Assembly: GCA_036172245.1 (NCBI GenBank)
Contig: JAYWIR010000036.1
Span: 2,046,001 to 2,110,000 of the forward strand
Direction of reading: 5' to 3'
DNA: 64,000 nucleotides
Source: Raillietiella orientalis
Lineage: Eukaryota
Shown here piece by piece: positions 1-12,773 of this stretch. Each line of letters begins with the position of its first letter. Positions within the stretch are counted from its first letter, which is position 1. Both the position numbers and the translations under genes were made by a program. A model generated the notes under the pieces. The model saw nothing but the letters and a program-made list of their open reading frames with translations. It ran no database searches and was not told where the DNA came from.

Positions 1-3000
1 TAATAAATAAATTTCGGATGGCTTAACCCAAAGCTCCCCCCGCAATTCAACCGGGAAGGAAGAAGAAGGTGCCAACACCATCATGCATGACTGCTGCACT
101 CGATCAACGACGCAAAAACACACACACACACGTTCTCTGGTTACGAATTAAGCACGAAATACACGTGGCTCAGGCAACTCGACTGATGGTAGTAACTAGC
201 AATAGAGTTGAATGGGTACTAACGGAAATCGATGGCTGGATGATGCATGCTCGAAGATTCGGTGAGAAAGGTCCGGGACGACTCTCCCGTTCTCAAAAGC
301 AAACCGAGAGGCTGCCGTCCCAACGTCCTTTCTTGCCTGCCGTGTAGCGATGTTGAAAACACTTTTCCCTCTGAGCTCTCTGACCACCACCCTTACCACG
401 CACGTCCAGCGCTGGCACACGCACCACCGTACGTGACACACATCACGTTCGCGTTGGCTCGGCAACCAGAATAGGAACCTCGCACCATCAACTGCGCCGT
501 CTTTTCCGGCCGGACAAAAGTGCCAACTTCCAACGCAAACCGCCACCGCTGGCACCCCCCCACTCCCACCCCACCCGGCGACGATCTTGAAGACTGCAGG
601 GGAAAGAACTGCATCGGGTCCGTCGGGAAGCACCGTCGCGACCGAGCGGCTGCATGCGCGGCAGATCAAACTAAGCGGCTGATGAAGTGGAAAATTATTC
701 GTAAAACTGCTTGAGAAGGCTTTATTAATTTTCCGTGCTGGGTCGTCCTGCCAGAGGGAGTCTTTCCTGCGGAAGGAAAGCGAGTTTCCACCCCAACACC
801 CCCACCACCACCCTCTTCACGCTCACTGAAGGGCACTTTCGGCGGAGCCCCCGCCCGCCCCCCACGAACGCCCATCTTGGAAACTCGTAGGGACGAAGAC
901 GTTCCTTGAAAGGCGACGCGCGCTGCAACCCTTTTTATCACACCTTGCACACAGGTGCACACTTGACGACGAGGCCCTACGAGGACAGTGCCGATAAGAG
1001 ACTACGGCCCATTATTTTCACGGCGGAGCCCCCCCCCCCCCCCGATTTCCCGAAAGAACGAAATCTCGTTTTTTTTTCTTCTTCCTCTCCTTATTCCTTT
1101 TTCCTTGCTGCTGCGTTTGACGGAGGGCTGCAGGTCGACATGAAAAACCGTTTCCAACTTTTTCATCTCGGGAAGGAAAAAATTCCACGCAAAACGCGTC
1201 CTCCGATGCGAACGGTCTCAGACCATAAGAAGCACTTTAAGAGGTTTTTCATTTTCTTTTTTTTTTTTTTTTTTCCTTCTTTTTTTTTTTGTTGCCACGC
1301 ATCTGATGAAATGCGGTCGATGCGAGCCACTTGGAAAGACTCTGCGGATAAACTGTGTCCCGCAAACTGCTGCTTCTTCCAGAGGTCCACAGAGAACCAC
1401 GGAAGACGGCACGACGGAATTTCCTGGGCTAGTCGACCACTCCTAAACACTGGACACGTCCACAGGGATCCGGCATCCTGGAGACGGCTAACGTCCGTGG
1501 TGGAATCCCACGGCAAACAACCAGACCACAGTTGGCCACATCTCCAAGATCCGATGAAAGACAAAGGAAGAAAAGAAAAAAAACACACACACACACAACC
1601 CTCCCATGCCAAAAAGCCCCACTCGTCAAGCATTCGATCCCGTTTGTCCTGAAACCCATAAGAGCAGATACAATCAGCCAGCAGACATTGGAAATGGAAA
1701 CGTGGAGCCAGCAAAAACATCGATACTTCGGGTATCAAGTGTACCTGGACCGTTTTCCGTGGAAGCAGCAACACACTCGCGTGGATGCCGGGAGCACACT
1801 TCCTTCCGCCAGGAAAGCCGTTTCTTTGGGGGGGGGGGGGGGAGGGGGGGGCATCCAACGCTGCTGCTGCTGCTGCTGCTCTTAGCGACGCCGTTGGCTC
1901 GGCCACCAACAGCAATCACAACGCGCGCGCGCGCGCGGCCGGCCGGTGGGAGCCGACGGCGAGATGGCGACGCGCGCGCTCGCAATGGCGCCTCCTCAGC
2001 TGCGCGGGCAGCGCCAGGCAACCACCGGGAGGTGATGCAAGAGGATCGTCGCATGCCCCCCTGCCGCCACCCCCACCCCCGATCCTGCGTGCTGGACGAT
2101 GCGCACAAAAGGTGGAGCGGTACAACCACGCCGCGCTCGCAAGGGCCCAAAACAACCACGAGTTTCCACTCGATCCACAACCACATCGCACGGAACGCTC
2201 CGTTCCACATGCTGTTGCTGCTGCTGCTGCTGCACCCATGCATGGGGGGGGAGGGGGGCAGAGGAAGAGTTTATACTCACATCTGAGAAGGGAGTTCGGG
2301 CGGCTCGGGCAAAATCTTCCCATTTCTTTATTACAATCAACTGTTCACACCATTCACTAAAAAAAAAATGTCAAAAAAAAAAAAAAAAAAAAGAAAAAGA
2401 AAAAATATCGATTGGGGAATTTCTATCGGTTGAATTTTCGGTGATCGAGGCTTCGTCTTTGGCCACGCATATTCCGTGTCACTTGAAAGCACGACACCAG
2501 CCGGAAAACACTACCGCAACAAAGAACACTGCACAAGGCATCCTACCCTCCACCAGCTTCACGGACGAGAGAAGCCGGAGCCGCCATTTGCCAGGCCCAA
2601 CTCCGTCAAGTGAAGACTGCGTACGTCTATGGTGTACGAGCTAGCCTCTGATCCAGGTCTATTTTGTATTGATTTTCGATCTGCTTATAACAACATAAAA
2701 TGAAATTTAAAAAAAAAAAAAAAAAAAACCCGGGTGGGGGAAAAAAAAAAAAAAGGAAAAATACAAATCTGCAGGTTTCGGATGCTGATTTTTTGTGTGT
2801 GTGTGTGTGTGTGTTCTTTTTTCCTGTTGTTGTTGTTTTCGCTGTGCGCCGTAATGCGATTTCCCAATTGCAGGGAAGCGTCTAATAGGAATTCGCGGTT
2901 TAAATAAGGCCTGCCTGCTAAAGGGAGCTCTGGTAAACCGCTCGGTGTTACCAGCGATTCCCGAGATTCTTCTTTCATTAAAATATCCAACAACACGAGA

Positions 3001-5083
3001 AATGATCAATACGCTCAAGCCGAGGAGTGTCTTTCGCATCCGCTGGAAGGAAGGAATTCGCCGACCTTATAAAAGCTGCTTCGCGCTCCTCATGGGCACG
3101 GATTTCAGAACTCTGCGTGACCTTTGTGCGTTCGTCGGATGAAGGAAAGATGCAACGTTCGAAAGAACTTCGGTTCTGAAGATCGCAATGAGGATTTCGC
3201 TCCTAATGAATTAAAGGCGTCACTGATTTGGGCCGATTCGCAACTCTGGGGAATCCCGTGAGCGCGCGCTCGGCTTTGGTGGTGGTAACCGTGCAGCGCC
3301 GTCTTTCTGGGGCAATTCTCGTGAAGATCCTCAAAGGATTGGGAAGCGAACAAGAGGGAGGTTAGACCTTATTTCGTCCCTAATCTCATGAGCTCCCGTG
3401 GCCAACTGTTCGGACAGAAAATCTTCCATTTGTTTCATCAATTCTCAATAGAATTGTGGTTGCTCAATAGGCCAGGAGTCCCCCTGCAGGCGAGTGGCGC
3501 GGAAGGAAAGTGATCTGGAGACCGCGTGACCAGAGCGGTGCATGCGAACGGGACGCTCGGCCACACCACTGGCTCGCCTTGGCGAGGGAAAGGAGAGTCG
3601 AGGCAGTCGTGCCAAAAGTAAACACGGATGAATTTCCAGGCCACTGAGGAGCAAACAAACAAGACAAGAAGGACGGTGCAGCACAAATAGCTTTAAGGGT
3701 GCAACTTCGAACCGAAAGACTGCCCGAGCGTCAGCTGATGCTGCTGCGGACCTTCTTGTTTCCTTTTTTGCAGCACCTGCAAGCTGATGGAAGCTCCAGG
3801 CCGGTTTGTATTTCTCACTCGGCTTCAAAGAGTGCACCATCTGAGCAACGATTCAGTGTAGGTGTAGGTGTTAGGGGGGAAATTCCGTGAGTTTGCGTGA
3901 GGTCTGCGTTCCGCGGTTGCCCGAATCGCCTGGAAACGGATCCCTTCTCTCCTTCGGGAACGTATCGGGACGTTTCCAGCTTTCGGGAGCCTTCATCTTT
4001 GGAAAAAGCCGCCCGGGCTCCTGCGACGCTCCTTCACCAAGTGTCTTCCTCTCCCGCCGGGCGACTGAAACTGCCGAAGCGCTGCGCCCATCGCCGCGAG
4101 AGTTGCCTCCGGTGCGTCCGGTAGTTTCGAGGATGGGCGCTTCCTCGAACCGAGAGGCGTGTTCGAGGGGCGCCAACAGCTGTCCTTCCGAAGCTATCCG
4201 GGGGAGGGGAGGGGGACTTCAACGTTGGTGGCCGTGCGATGTCGGCGCGGAGGCAAAAATCCACCGAAGAACGGGGAAGGAAGGCGGACGACACTCTTCT
4301 TCCGGAGAACCGTCTGGCACCTCTTCCGCCGGATCGACGGTGCGCTCCCTATCGGCGCCTCGTCGCCCGCCGCCGCATCCTAGTGGTGGTAAGCGGACAC
4401 TTGCGAGGAGGGGAGGTGTCTTTGATGTCGCTTCCTTCCGGATGTTTCACTCTCGAGTTTCCACCTGTGACGCTCGATATCGAGAGCGCCAGCTGCAAAG
4501 CGAAGGAGAAAATGGAAAAAAAAAAAAGTCCCTCGAGAGAACGGAGACGCGCCCGGCCGTCATCGTACGGCCGCTTCTTGCGTTTCCACGGCAGAAGCAC
4601 CGGCGTGCCGGGTGCGAACCAGCCCTGGGCAGCGAGGAGAAACTCAAAGGGGTTGCTGCTGTTCCTCTGGGAAGCGGTGGCGGTTGGGAAGCCCGTTCCC
4701 CCGGAAGCCGCCTCCGAGCCCGAAGGTCGGAGCGCGGGCGCCTAGGTAGCAGGGCGGTGGGGTCTTTCCGTTGCCGCGGAATCGCGCGGCACCACAGCGC
4801 CTCAGCTCGCGGGATCGGAGGAATGCCGACCCGGTCGCTGCTTCCATGATGCTGGACCATCCCGTACTGGTGATTGGGGAGGGATCTTCCGGAACGCTCG
4901 CAGGAACTGGGGAACAGGTGAAAGCGGCGTCTCCATGGCACCCTGGAAGTGCAGCACTGGTGGAAGCAGTTGGTTATCCCGTTGACCGGCTGAGATCGGA
5001 AGTCGACTTTCCGGGGGGTCCTTCCGGAAGGAGGAGACGCGGTCGGAAGCCTCCCGCCCACTTTCGGGAATCCCGAAGGGAGT

Positions 5084-7247
5084 GTGGACGAGCGACACCG
5101 TGGCCAAACTGCGGACTGGCCGCACAGCGAGACGTGGACGACGGAGAGGTGGGCCGGCCGGGTCCCCTTGCGATCGGGCTGCTTGGGTGAACCTGAAAGT
5201 AAACCAAAGACTTCAGATTCCGGGGAACCACGGTCCTCCCCCCCCCCCCCTCCTTCATCCCCATTTCTTCCACCGATTGTTTGCACCGCGGCTGGCAGGT
5301 CGCAAGTCGGCACCTTCCGGAGTGCTTCCAGGTGCACTTCCCTCTTGCACGGTGACGACGCGCCCTCCGAATCTGCAGACCGCGGGCGATCCGAAAGGGT
5401 GGGGTGCCTTCCACCCCTTCCATCCCCCACTACAGCCCGCGAGGGCGGCAGCGTAAAGCTCCGGAAAGGCGACACCCCGAAGATTATCACCGGGGTGCGC
5501 CGGGGAGTTTATTTCATATGAAAATGAACAACCACAATATCTGTGATTGGACCCGCGGTTCAACCACGTGAGTTTCAGCAGGAGCCTGCCGGGTTACCGG
5601 TGCGCAGACCGGTGGGGTCCGCCGCGGCTGCAGAAGGGGAAGGGGGCAAGCAAGAAGAAAGGAACAAAAAGAAAACTAAACATGGGGAAGGGGGGGGTGT
5701 AGGAAGAGGTCACGTCCTGCTGGGGACACCCCTCCGCATCCTTTCCAGGATGCCTGCAAGTTCCGTCTGTGTATGTCCCAGGTGGGGCCATCTTGCTGCA
5801 GTCCGCAGGAAGCGCAGGGAGGAGAAGACGGCGTCCCTGTCGCGCCGTCCTCCTCTCGCGTGCCTCCAGGCCACCACACTCCCGCGTAGGCAGCAAAGAG
5901 CCTCTGGGGATGCGGTAGGAGAAAGGGCAACGCGCACCACGAGGGGCTTCGTCAGCCGTTGGTTGTGGCTCAGGGCGTGACGTTGGTGCAGAACGGTCGG
6001 TGGCTCGGACCGGCAGCGGGGGTGTCACATGCCGGCGTCGCTCCAGGCCGCTACAATCCCGCGTAGACAGCAGAGAGCTTCTGGCGAGGCTGCTGGCCGA
6101 AGGGCGTCGCGTAGAAGGGAGACCCCACGAAGGAGGGTATCAGTCAGCTCCATAGTATGCGATGGAGGAGAACCCGGAAGGGATTCTTTGAAGGACCCCG
6201 TAGGGTCGACTTCTGGTCGGTCAGCCGGGTTCCGGCTTCCACCAGTACCACCGCAACCGATTCGGCCAACCAGCGCCATCCTGCCGGGGAGCTCGGAACC
6301 CACGACGCACCCCCTCCGATTCCCTTCCACCCACGCAACCCGGATGGGGCTCATGGCTGCGGAGAGCGAGGGACCGTGGAGAGAAAGCAGCAAGGTGGTA
6401 GCTCGAAGGCTCACAAAGGTGGAGGTCGACGGAGGTGGTCCGGTGACAACGCAGGATGGCGAACGCCCCCCCGGGCGGGATGAGCGCGGTTGGTGCGACC
6501 GCGCCGCAGGCCCGCAAGACCTGCGGCGAAGCAGGGGCGTGCGCGGAAGGGGGGGGGTCTTAGCCAGGGGGCGGAGGGGCGCTCGCCGGTGGTCGTCGCA
6601 GCACGCGCACGGGCATGGATCGGCGTCCAAGCGACTCTTCCCGGCGGGGAAACCCGCTGGGCATGGAGCGCAAGGGGAAGGGAGGAGAGGGGGAAAGGGG
6701 GAGAAGGCGTGGTCGGGAAGACTGCCTCCCCCACCCGGTCCACTCCGTTCCAGGAGCTTCGCTGCGTACGAAATGGCCGTCCTCGAAGACAGCATCATTG
6801 CTCGCGCCCCGTGGTTTTAAAAAAAAAGGGCGAGACAGAGGGACGGGAGACGCCATCGCGCCGGTAACCGGACGCCCTTCATCCGGGCAGGTAGCGGGGA
6901 CCCCTTCTTCCAGGGTCTTCCGATTTCAAGCTGACCTCTCGTCCTCGGGCCATGTGGCAGGTTCCCTTTCAACTCGCGGAACGCACCGCTAGCCTCCCCG
7001 CCGCAGAGGGTGCCTGCTCGCGCGTCCCCCTGGAGACTGCGGGAAACCCTCGGAGCGGGTCAAGGGCGGCCTCGTTCGGTCAGCTCGCCACCGGCGACGC
7101 GCATCTCGAACGCCGCGTCACATCCCACTCCTGGCGAACGGTGGACGAGCGACGCCGCGGCCAAAGCGCTGACCGGCCGGACGACGGGACGCGGACGAAG
7201 GAGGGGAGGGCAGGCCAGAGCCCCCTCGCGAGCGGGCTGCTTGGGTG
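5084..7247. repeat. Diverged direct duplications: 5084-5189 ~ 7141-7247, and 5864-5935 ~ 6041-6112
   Basis: gtggacgagcgacaccgtggccaaa...gggctgcttgggtg vs gtggacgagcgacgccgcggccaaa...gggctgcttgggtg; ctccaggccaccacactcccgcgtaggcagcaaagagcctctgg vs ctccaggccgctacaatcccgcgtagacagcagagagcttctgg. Alignable by eye. Confidence 0.85.
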
Positions 7248-8794
7248 GACCGCAGGCGGGGAGGCTGTGCAACGAAGGAGTCCGCCGCCGCCGCCGTCGC
7301 CCAAAGGATCCGGCCGGATCGATCATGGCAGCGTCCACGCCTCCCAGAGATCACGGAGCAAAAGGCGCGCCCTGTAAACGAGGCCAGGCGCAGGATGAGG
7401 GGGAGGGGGGAGACCCACCTCACAGAATAGATCGGGCCCCCCCATCCGTGGAGAGTAGAGGAGGGGAAGGGGCCTCGCGCGCGAGCACGTGGGCCCCGCG
7501 AGGGAGGAAGGGGAAGGAAACGCCGTCGCCGCCGCCGGAGTTCCGGAGAGCGTCCACTGGCGGCAGCACGAGCGCTCCCGGAGTCTGCCGGGCCGGTCCG
7601 CGCCTGCGCGAGGAGTAGGAAGAGGAGGAAGCACGCGGCCTCCCATCCTTCACCCCTTTCGGCCGGAGGGTGCTGCTGCTCCACCCACTCCCCTCGCCCC
7701 ACGGTTAGCTTTCCCAGGCGCAACCGCCCCGCGTGTCGTCGTCGTCGTCGTAAGGCCTGACGTTGCAGATACAGGGAACCTTCCAGCAGGGAGGCTGAGA
7801 TCTGCACGCCAGACGGGGGAGTGAAGGGGAGACCCTCGCAAGCACGGGTCACGGGGTCACGGGATGGATGATAAATTTCCCTCCCGAAGGACGAGACGCG
7901 CCGCCCGGCTTCCTCCGGGAGAGGACAGGTTTCGAGAGAACGGCCACATTCCCTGTTCATTCGCGTGAGACGGCGCACCGGCATCCGACAGCAGCGTGCG
8001 CAAGCAACGGAGCAGGGCGGGCGAGGCCCACTACATGCAGGAGGGTATCTGCATATATGGTCCTCCTCCCCTCGAAAAAAGGGAGAGCTCCCCCCGCTCC
8101 TCCTCCCCTCTTTCGGCTTTCTAGTTAACTACAAACTGAAATGGACCCACCTTGGGATCGGATCGCCTGCGAGCGAGGTGCGCACGCAGACGGCGCGCCC
8201 TCCTCCGGCGTCGGATGGCAACGCGTGCACGCTGAACGCCCTCTCGGAGATCGAAACTCGCTCCTCCCAGGCACTCCTCTCCTCCGCCTTCCTAGGGTCA
8301 CTGTTCCTTCTTCCCTGTTGTCACCCCCAAACGCCCTTCACACTTTCACCCCGTTGCGATTGCGGGGTCGGCGGGCGCACACACCATCACCCCAACACTC
8401 ACTGTGCCGCTTCCACGATTCCTCGGACTTTGGTGCTGAACACTTTCGTGGCTTCCCTTTGCTTCATCCGTTTCCGGCTCCCTCCTCCTCCCCTTCTTTC
8501 TTTCCCTCGATCTTTTTCGGTCCACCGAATCCAGCCACGCTCTCCTTCGAGGAACTGCATCCGCAAATCGTCCAGATGCCACATTATTTGAAGAAAAAAA
8601 AAAGGAAAAAAGGAAAAAAGAAAGGTGCAAAGGAAAAGCAAGACGCTCAACTGAAAAATGCCCAGGCCGGTCCCCGGCCCCACATGATCGATATGCTGCG
8701 GAATCGAATTGTCGCAACCCTTTACCTCCGGACGGCGGGTTGGCAAGATGGGATGCCTGGCATCAATAAGCAGGGCGACTGTAGAGTTTAAAGC

Positions 8795-8856
8795 GACCAA
8801 TGAGAATCGACGTGGAGACAAAAATAGATGACCAATGAGGACAGATCGTAACAATG
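8795..8856 (+). promoter_or_regulatory. Paired CCAAT (NF-Y-like) boxes plus Sox-like site
   Basis: Identical 10-mer gaccaatgag at 8795 and 8830; aacaatg at 8850; lies in an AT-richer island within GC-rich DNA. No linked gene identified. Confidence 0.35.
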
Positions 8857-11800
8857 CACGCTTGCCAAATGCGGTTCAATTAAAAGTCATACGATGAAAG
8901 GAATAAATTACCATGCGAATGCGTACAGTATGGTGATCTGCATACGATACACGTACATCGAACTCGGTCGAGTCATCGCTAACATTTTTTTTTTTGTCCT
9001 CCCCCCCCTCTCTCTCTCTCTCTTTTTTTTCCCGCGAAACTGACGGACCGTGGTGATTATGATGTGATGGGAATATCCAGAAATTTGTCCTCGGGAATCT
9101 CCCTCTTTACTTCGATGGTTCCGACGATACGATACGATTCTTGAGTGTTCCATTCTGCAGAATTCACCGTGTGCACTCTGGGACGAGGAAGATTGCTCGT
9201 AGTCTTTCTTTCTTTCTTCCCCCCCGCCCCCCTCCCCCTCCTTCAACCCCCTTTCTGCTGAAAAGCATGCTGGGAAGAAAGAAATAAGAAAATCAATCTC
9301 GCCTTGCAAAAAGGAAGAAGAGGAAAAAAACGTAAATGAAGTTTTTGGGTTCGGAGAGGCTGGAGGGAGCGTGGTCGTCATGGGACAAGCTCGAAGCAAA
9401 CCTCAGCGACTCATCAGGTGCACGGCGACGATGGCCCAAGCAGCGTGGTCCATCGAGGAGCGTGCCACCCTGGATTCTGGAGCAGCGAGCCATTTTTGAT
9501 CCATCCGTCTCTGCCGACAGCTATCCTCCGGATGCAGCCAACGACAGTCGCAAAGAAAGCCAAAACGCATTTTCGGGGAAGCTGCTGTTGCTTTCTGCCG
9601 TGCTGCCTACACGGTACGTACGGGGCAGCGCCATAAATTCGTTCCGAAGCTCTGTTTTTAAGCACGTGCACACAGTGATAATTTTCGCACTTGTTCCTGG
9701 GTCTGCCAACAAGTCGTTCCAGCAAAATTACAGAGGGAAATTTGGAGGGGAGGGGGGGGGGCACGATTTTTTTTTTTCCCCCTTTTTTCCTGTCTCTCTC
9801 CTCATCCGGCACACACACCTGTGATTCTCAAATAGATGTGAGGACCGAGTCCCAGGCAAAGAGCGCGGGGAGAGGTTGCCTGGCGCTCCCTGGTGCTGCG
9901 CAGTCCGAGTCTGCCCAGCAACGCCCGACTTGGCGAGGGCCGTGCGTGATGGAGGGTCCCGAAAGCACTTGTCCATCCCCTCGAGTGCTGCTTCACGCTG
10001 GAAATGCACCTCCACAAGGGAAGAATTTTAATTCGGCAGGTGGTGTTTCCTCTGCTTCGACCGTGCGTGCGCCCGGCGCTGTTGGATTTCGGCGGCCCCC
10101 CACCCACCCACCACCCCTCACTCGAAGCAGCAGTGAAGTTTCGCTGCGGCCGCCTCTAGGGCCCTTTGCTGGCTTCTTCCACCTTCTCGAGTGCAAGGAT
10201 GGAAGGATTGTGGCTTATCTGGGCGAACGCCGACACGCTGGGCCGCCTCTTAGTCGATACCGCATTCCCTGCAAGTGAGAATTTTCTGTTCCATCCTGGG
10301 ATTCGAAAGGCGAAAGCCCGAAGAGCGAACGGGCAAGGAAAAGGACGAGACGGTCGTGCGTCCACCTAGTGATGCCGTGGAAGAACGTAAAGAAGGGAGG
10401 AGGGGGGGGGGAGAGAGAGAGAGAAGCAATTTCCCCTCCGACGTTGGAAGTATTCGAGACTGACCACCACCGCACCCTTGCGTCCGAGCTGGGCGTTGGC
10501 TCTCACGACACCTGCTGCATTTTTCGTACGCCTTCCCTCTTTTCCAGCTTCCAGCACGTCGAAAGCGCGGAAAAGCGCTTCGCTGGAATTCTTCCGATGC
10601 TGCGTTGGGGGAGGAAGGGAGGAGGGGAGGGGGGAGGGAACGGCCGGCTGAATGTTGCCTCCAAATTTGAACTGGCCAATCGGAGTCCATTCTCGGCGGG
10701 CGACCAATGGAGACCGGGACTGGAGGGGCTTGCTCTGGAAACGGACCCAGGGTTTCCTGAAGCGCGGTTGGACGGAGTGTATACGTAGTACGGGGAGGAT
10801 AATGCTCCCCATCTGCAGCGAGGGCAGGTGACGCTGTAAAACGTGCCCCCCGGTGAGGTTGTACGGAGAGCTGCGAGGCATGGAGTCGTTCACACTGCAA
10901 ATGGCCGCTAGGCTCAAACCAGTTCGAAGGCAACTCGATCGCTCCCGGGCGTGACGTGGAGGGAGTTTTCGGACGCAGTGGGCACAAAGCTGAGCGCTGC
11001 TGCCCTCTGTCCCTTTGGGCGCGCGTGGTGTCGTCAGCTGCGGAGGTCAATCGATGGCCTGAAGGGGCCGGGGCGGCATTCTACCCGGGGTCCCCCCAGT
11101 TTCCTCGCTAGTCTCTCTATTTCTCGTTGGACGCCAGAGAGTTCCTGCGTGTCGCGGGTTCGCACCTCGCGTCCTCCTCTGCGGAGCACCGGGAACGGGA
11201 AGCAGTGCCGAAAGAGCCGAAGATGCCCGCCAAGTTCCCCTTCCGTGCGCAGCACCGCATTGCAGGAGTTCCCTCAGGTGCTAACGGGAAGGGTCGGAAG
11301 CACAGGGGAATGCGTCCCCATGCCCGTTCTACTTGCCGGCCGCTCTCCTCCTACGATTCAAGCGGCTACAGTGGCCTCGCGCAAGCCTGCCTTCGAAAGC
11401 CAGCGCTTCCCCTAGGGAAACCGAGGGCAATCTTTCCCTTCGGCAATGAGAGGGTCACGGACCCACGGCAGATTCCCGTTGGAGCAGGATGAATGAGGGC
11501 CACCTAGAAGACAGGATGGCGCAGCTCTTGAGAAACGTCCCTGGGCAGGGGCGAACCCCTTCTTGCGCGTGTCGGCAAACGGCCAGGAGGCCAGGCAGGG
11601 CACCAGCGGCTGGTGGACACAGTCCCCGTGAGCAGCTGCCGCATCGGAACTATGGACTCCAGGCGCGGAATTCCGATGGTACCGCGAGCAGGCAACCCGA
11701 TAATGGCGCTCGGGAACGATGGAACGCCCCATGCAGCGCCCGGATGGGGGCACGGGCACGATGTTTGGGTAGCGGGGAAGTAGGTGGGTTCCCTCAGCAA

Positions 11801-12341
11801 AGGCCGCAGCTCCGCCGGCGAAGAGAAGCTGTGACAAACGTCGTTGCGTCACCAGGGCAAGAGTGGGAGCCTGCCGCGCTTCTCACCCCCGCTGAGCGCC
11901 AGTCAGCGGGCGCCGTGGGTGCTTTCTGGCGACCCGGAACGTCCGCAGAGGGTCGCCGAAGAAAGAGCGCCGGGCGTGCTGCAATGGAATGACGGCACTC
12001 ATCGGGGCCGCAAGTCGGTCTCGTGCCACCGTGGCATGTGGCAAAGAGGGAAGATGGAGTGTCGGAAGCCAGCGGTGCTTGCCAGGGGAGGCAGTCTTCT
12101 TTTATTTTTCGGTTTTTCATCTTGCCGGTAGGTCAAATAAGAAGTGTTTCCTCTTTCGAGAAAATTCATTGGTGTTTTTTTCACAGAGTGGTGCATAAGT
12201 GTGCACCATGGATGGAACGGAAACAAACAGCACCAGAGAATTTCATGAAACTTATGGTATTTACATTCATTTACGCTCTGTTTGCATAGGTGCAGTTTTC
12301 CGATCACACTCGTATATACATACATGTATATATACATGAAT

Positions 12342-12607
12342 ATTCACATTCATATATGATGTATATGAGTGAATCGATTTTTCCATATTTTGCATGTATG
12401 TATATATGTATGTATGTATATATATATATATATATGAATACACATCACAGTAATATATATAGCTGATACACACATATATATATTTCCACATTTTGTATAT
12501 ATATATATACATATATACACAAAACGTGGAAAAACATATATTCACACTCATATACGTCATAGATGAATGTGTGAATTTCAATATATATATATATATATAT
12601 ATTGAAA
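12342..12607. repeat. AT-rich foldback with (TA)n tracts and a perfect 32-bp palindrome
   Basis: attcacattcatatatgatgtatatgagtgaat (12342-) pairs imperfectly with attcacactcatatacgtcatagatgaatgtgtgaat (-12576); nested hairpin ~12483-12532; tttca(at)11tgaaa at 12576-12607 is self-complementary. Confidence 0.8.
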
Positions 12608-12614
12608 CTTCAGA

Positions 12615-12773
12615 ATGGTGCCTCGAAAAGTTCTCAAGCTAACGGCTAATTTCTTGTGGTTCCTGCTTCCTCTACCTGGATTCGTGTACTTACTTTGGTA
12701 CTTCAGATTGGAAAATCTCCTGACTGGAATTCTTGCAGCACTCGGAATGAATTCACCGGGGTTTATCTTTTGA
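12615..12773 (+). CDS. Candidate small hydrophobic ORF (52 aa) or first exon of an unresolved gene
   Basis: MVPRKVLKLTANFLWFLLPLPGFVYLLWYFRLENLLTGILAALGMNSPGFIF*; ATG preceded by acceptor-like cttcag; basic N-terminus then a hydrophobic segment. Below the ORF-track cutoff; no family recognised. Confidence 0.25.
   Translation: MVPRKVLKLTANFLWFLLPLPGFVYLLWYFRLENLLTGILAALGMNSPGFIF

Noticed and set aside
689..734. ggaaaatta...taattttcc stem as a pre-miRNA
   Set aside because: Only a 9-bp clean stem, irregular inner pairing, no known seed.
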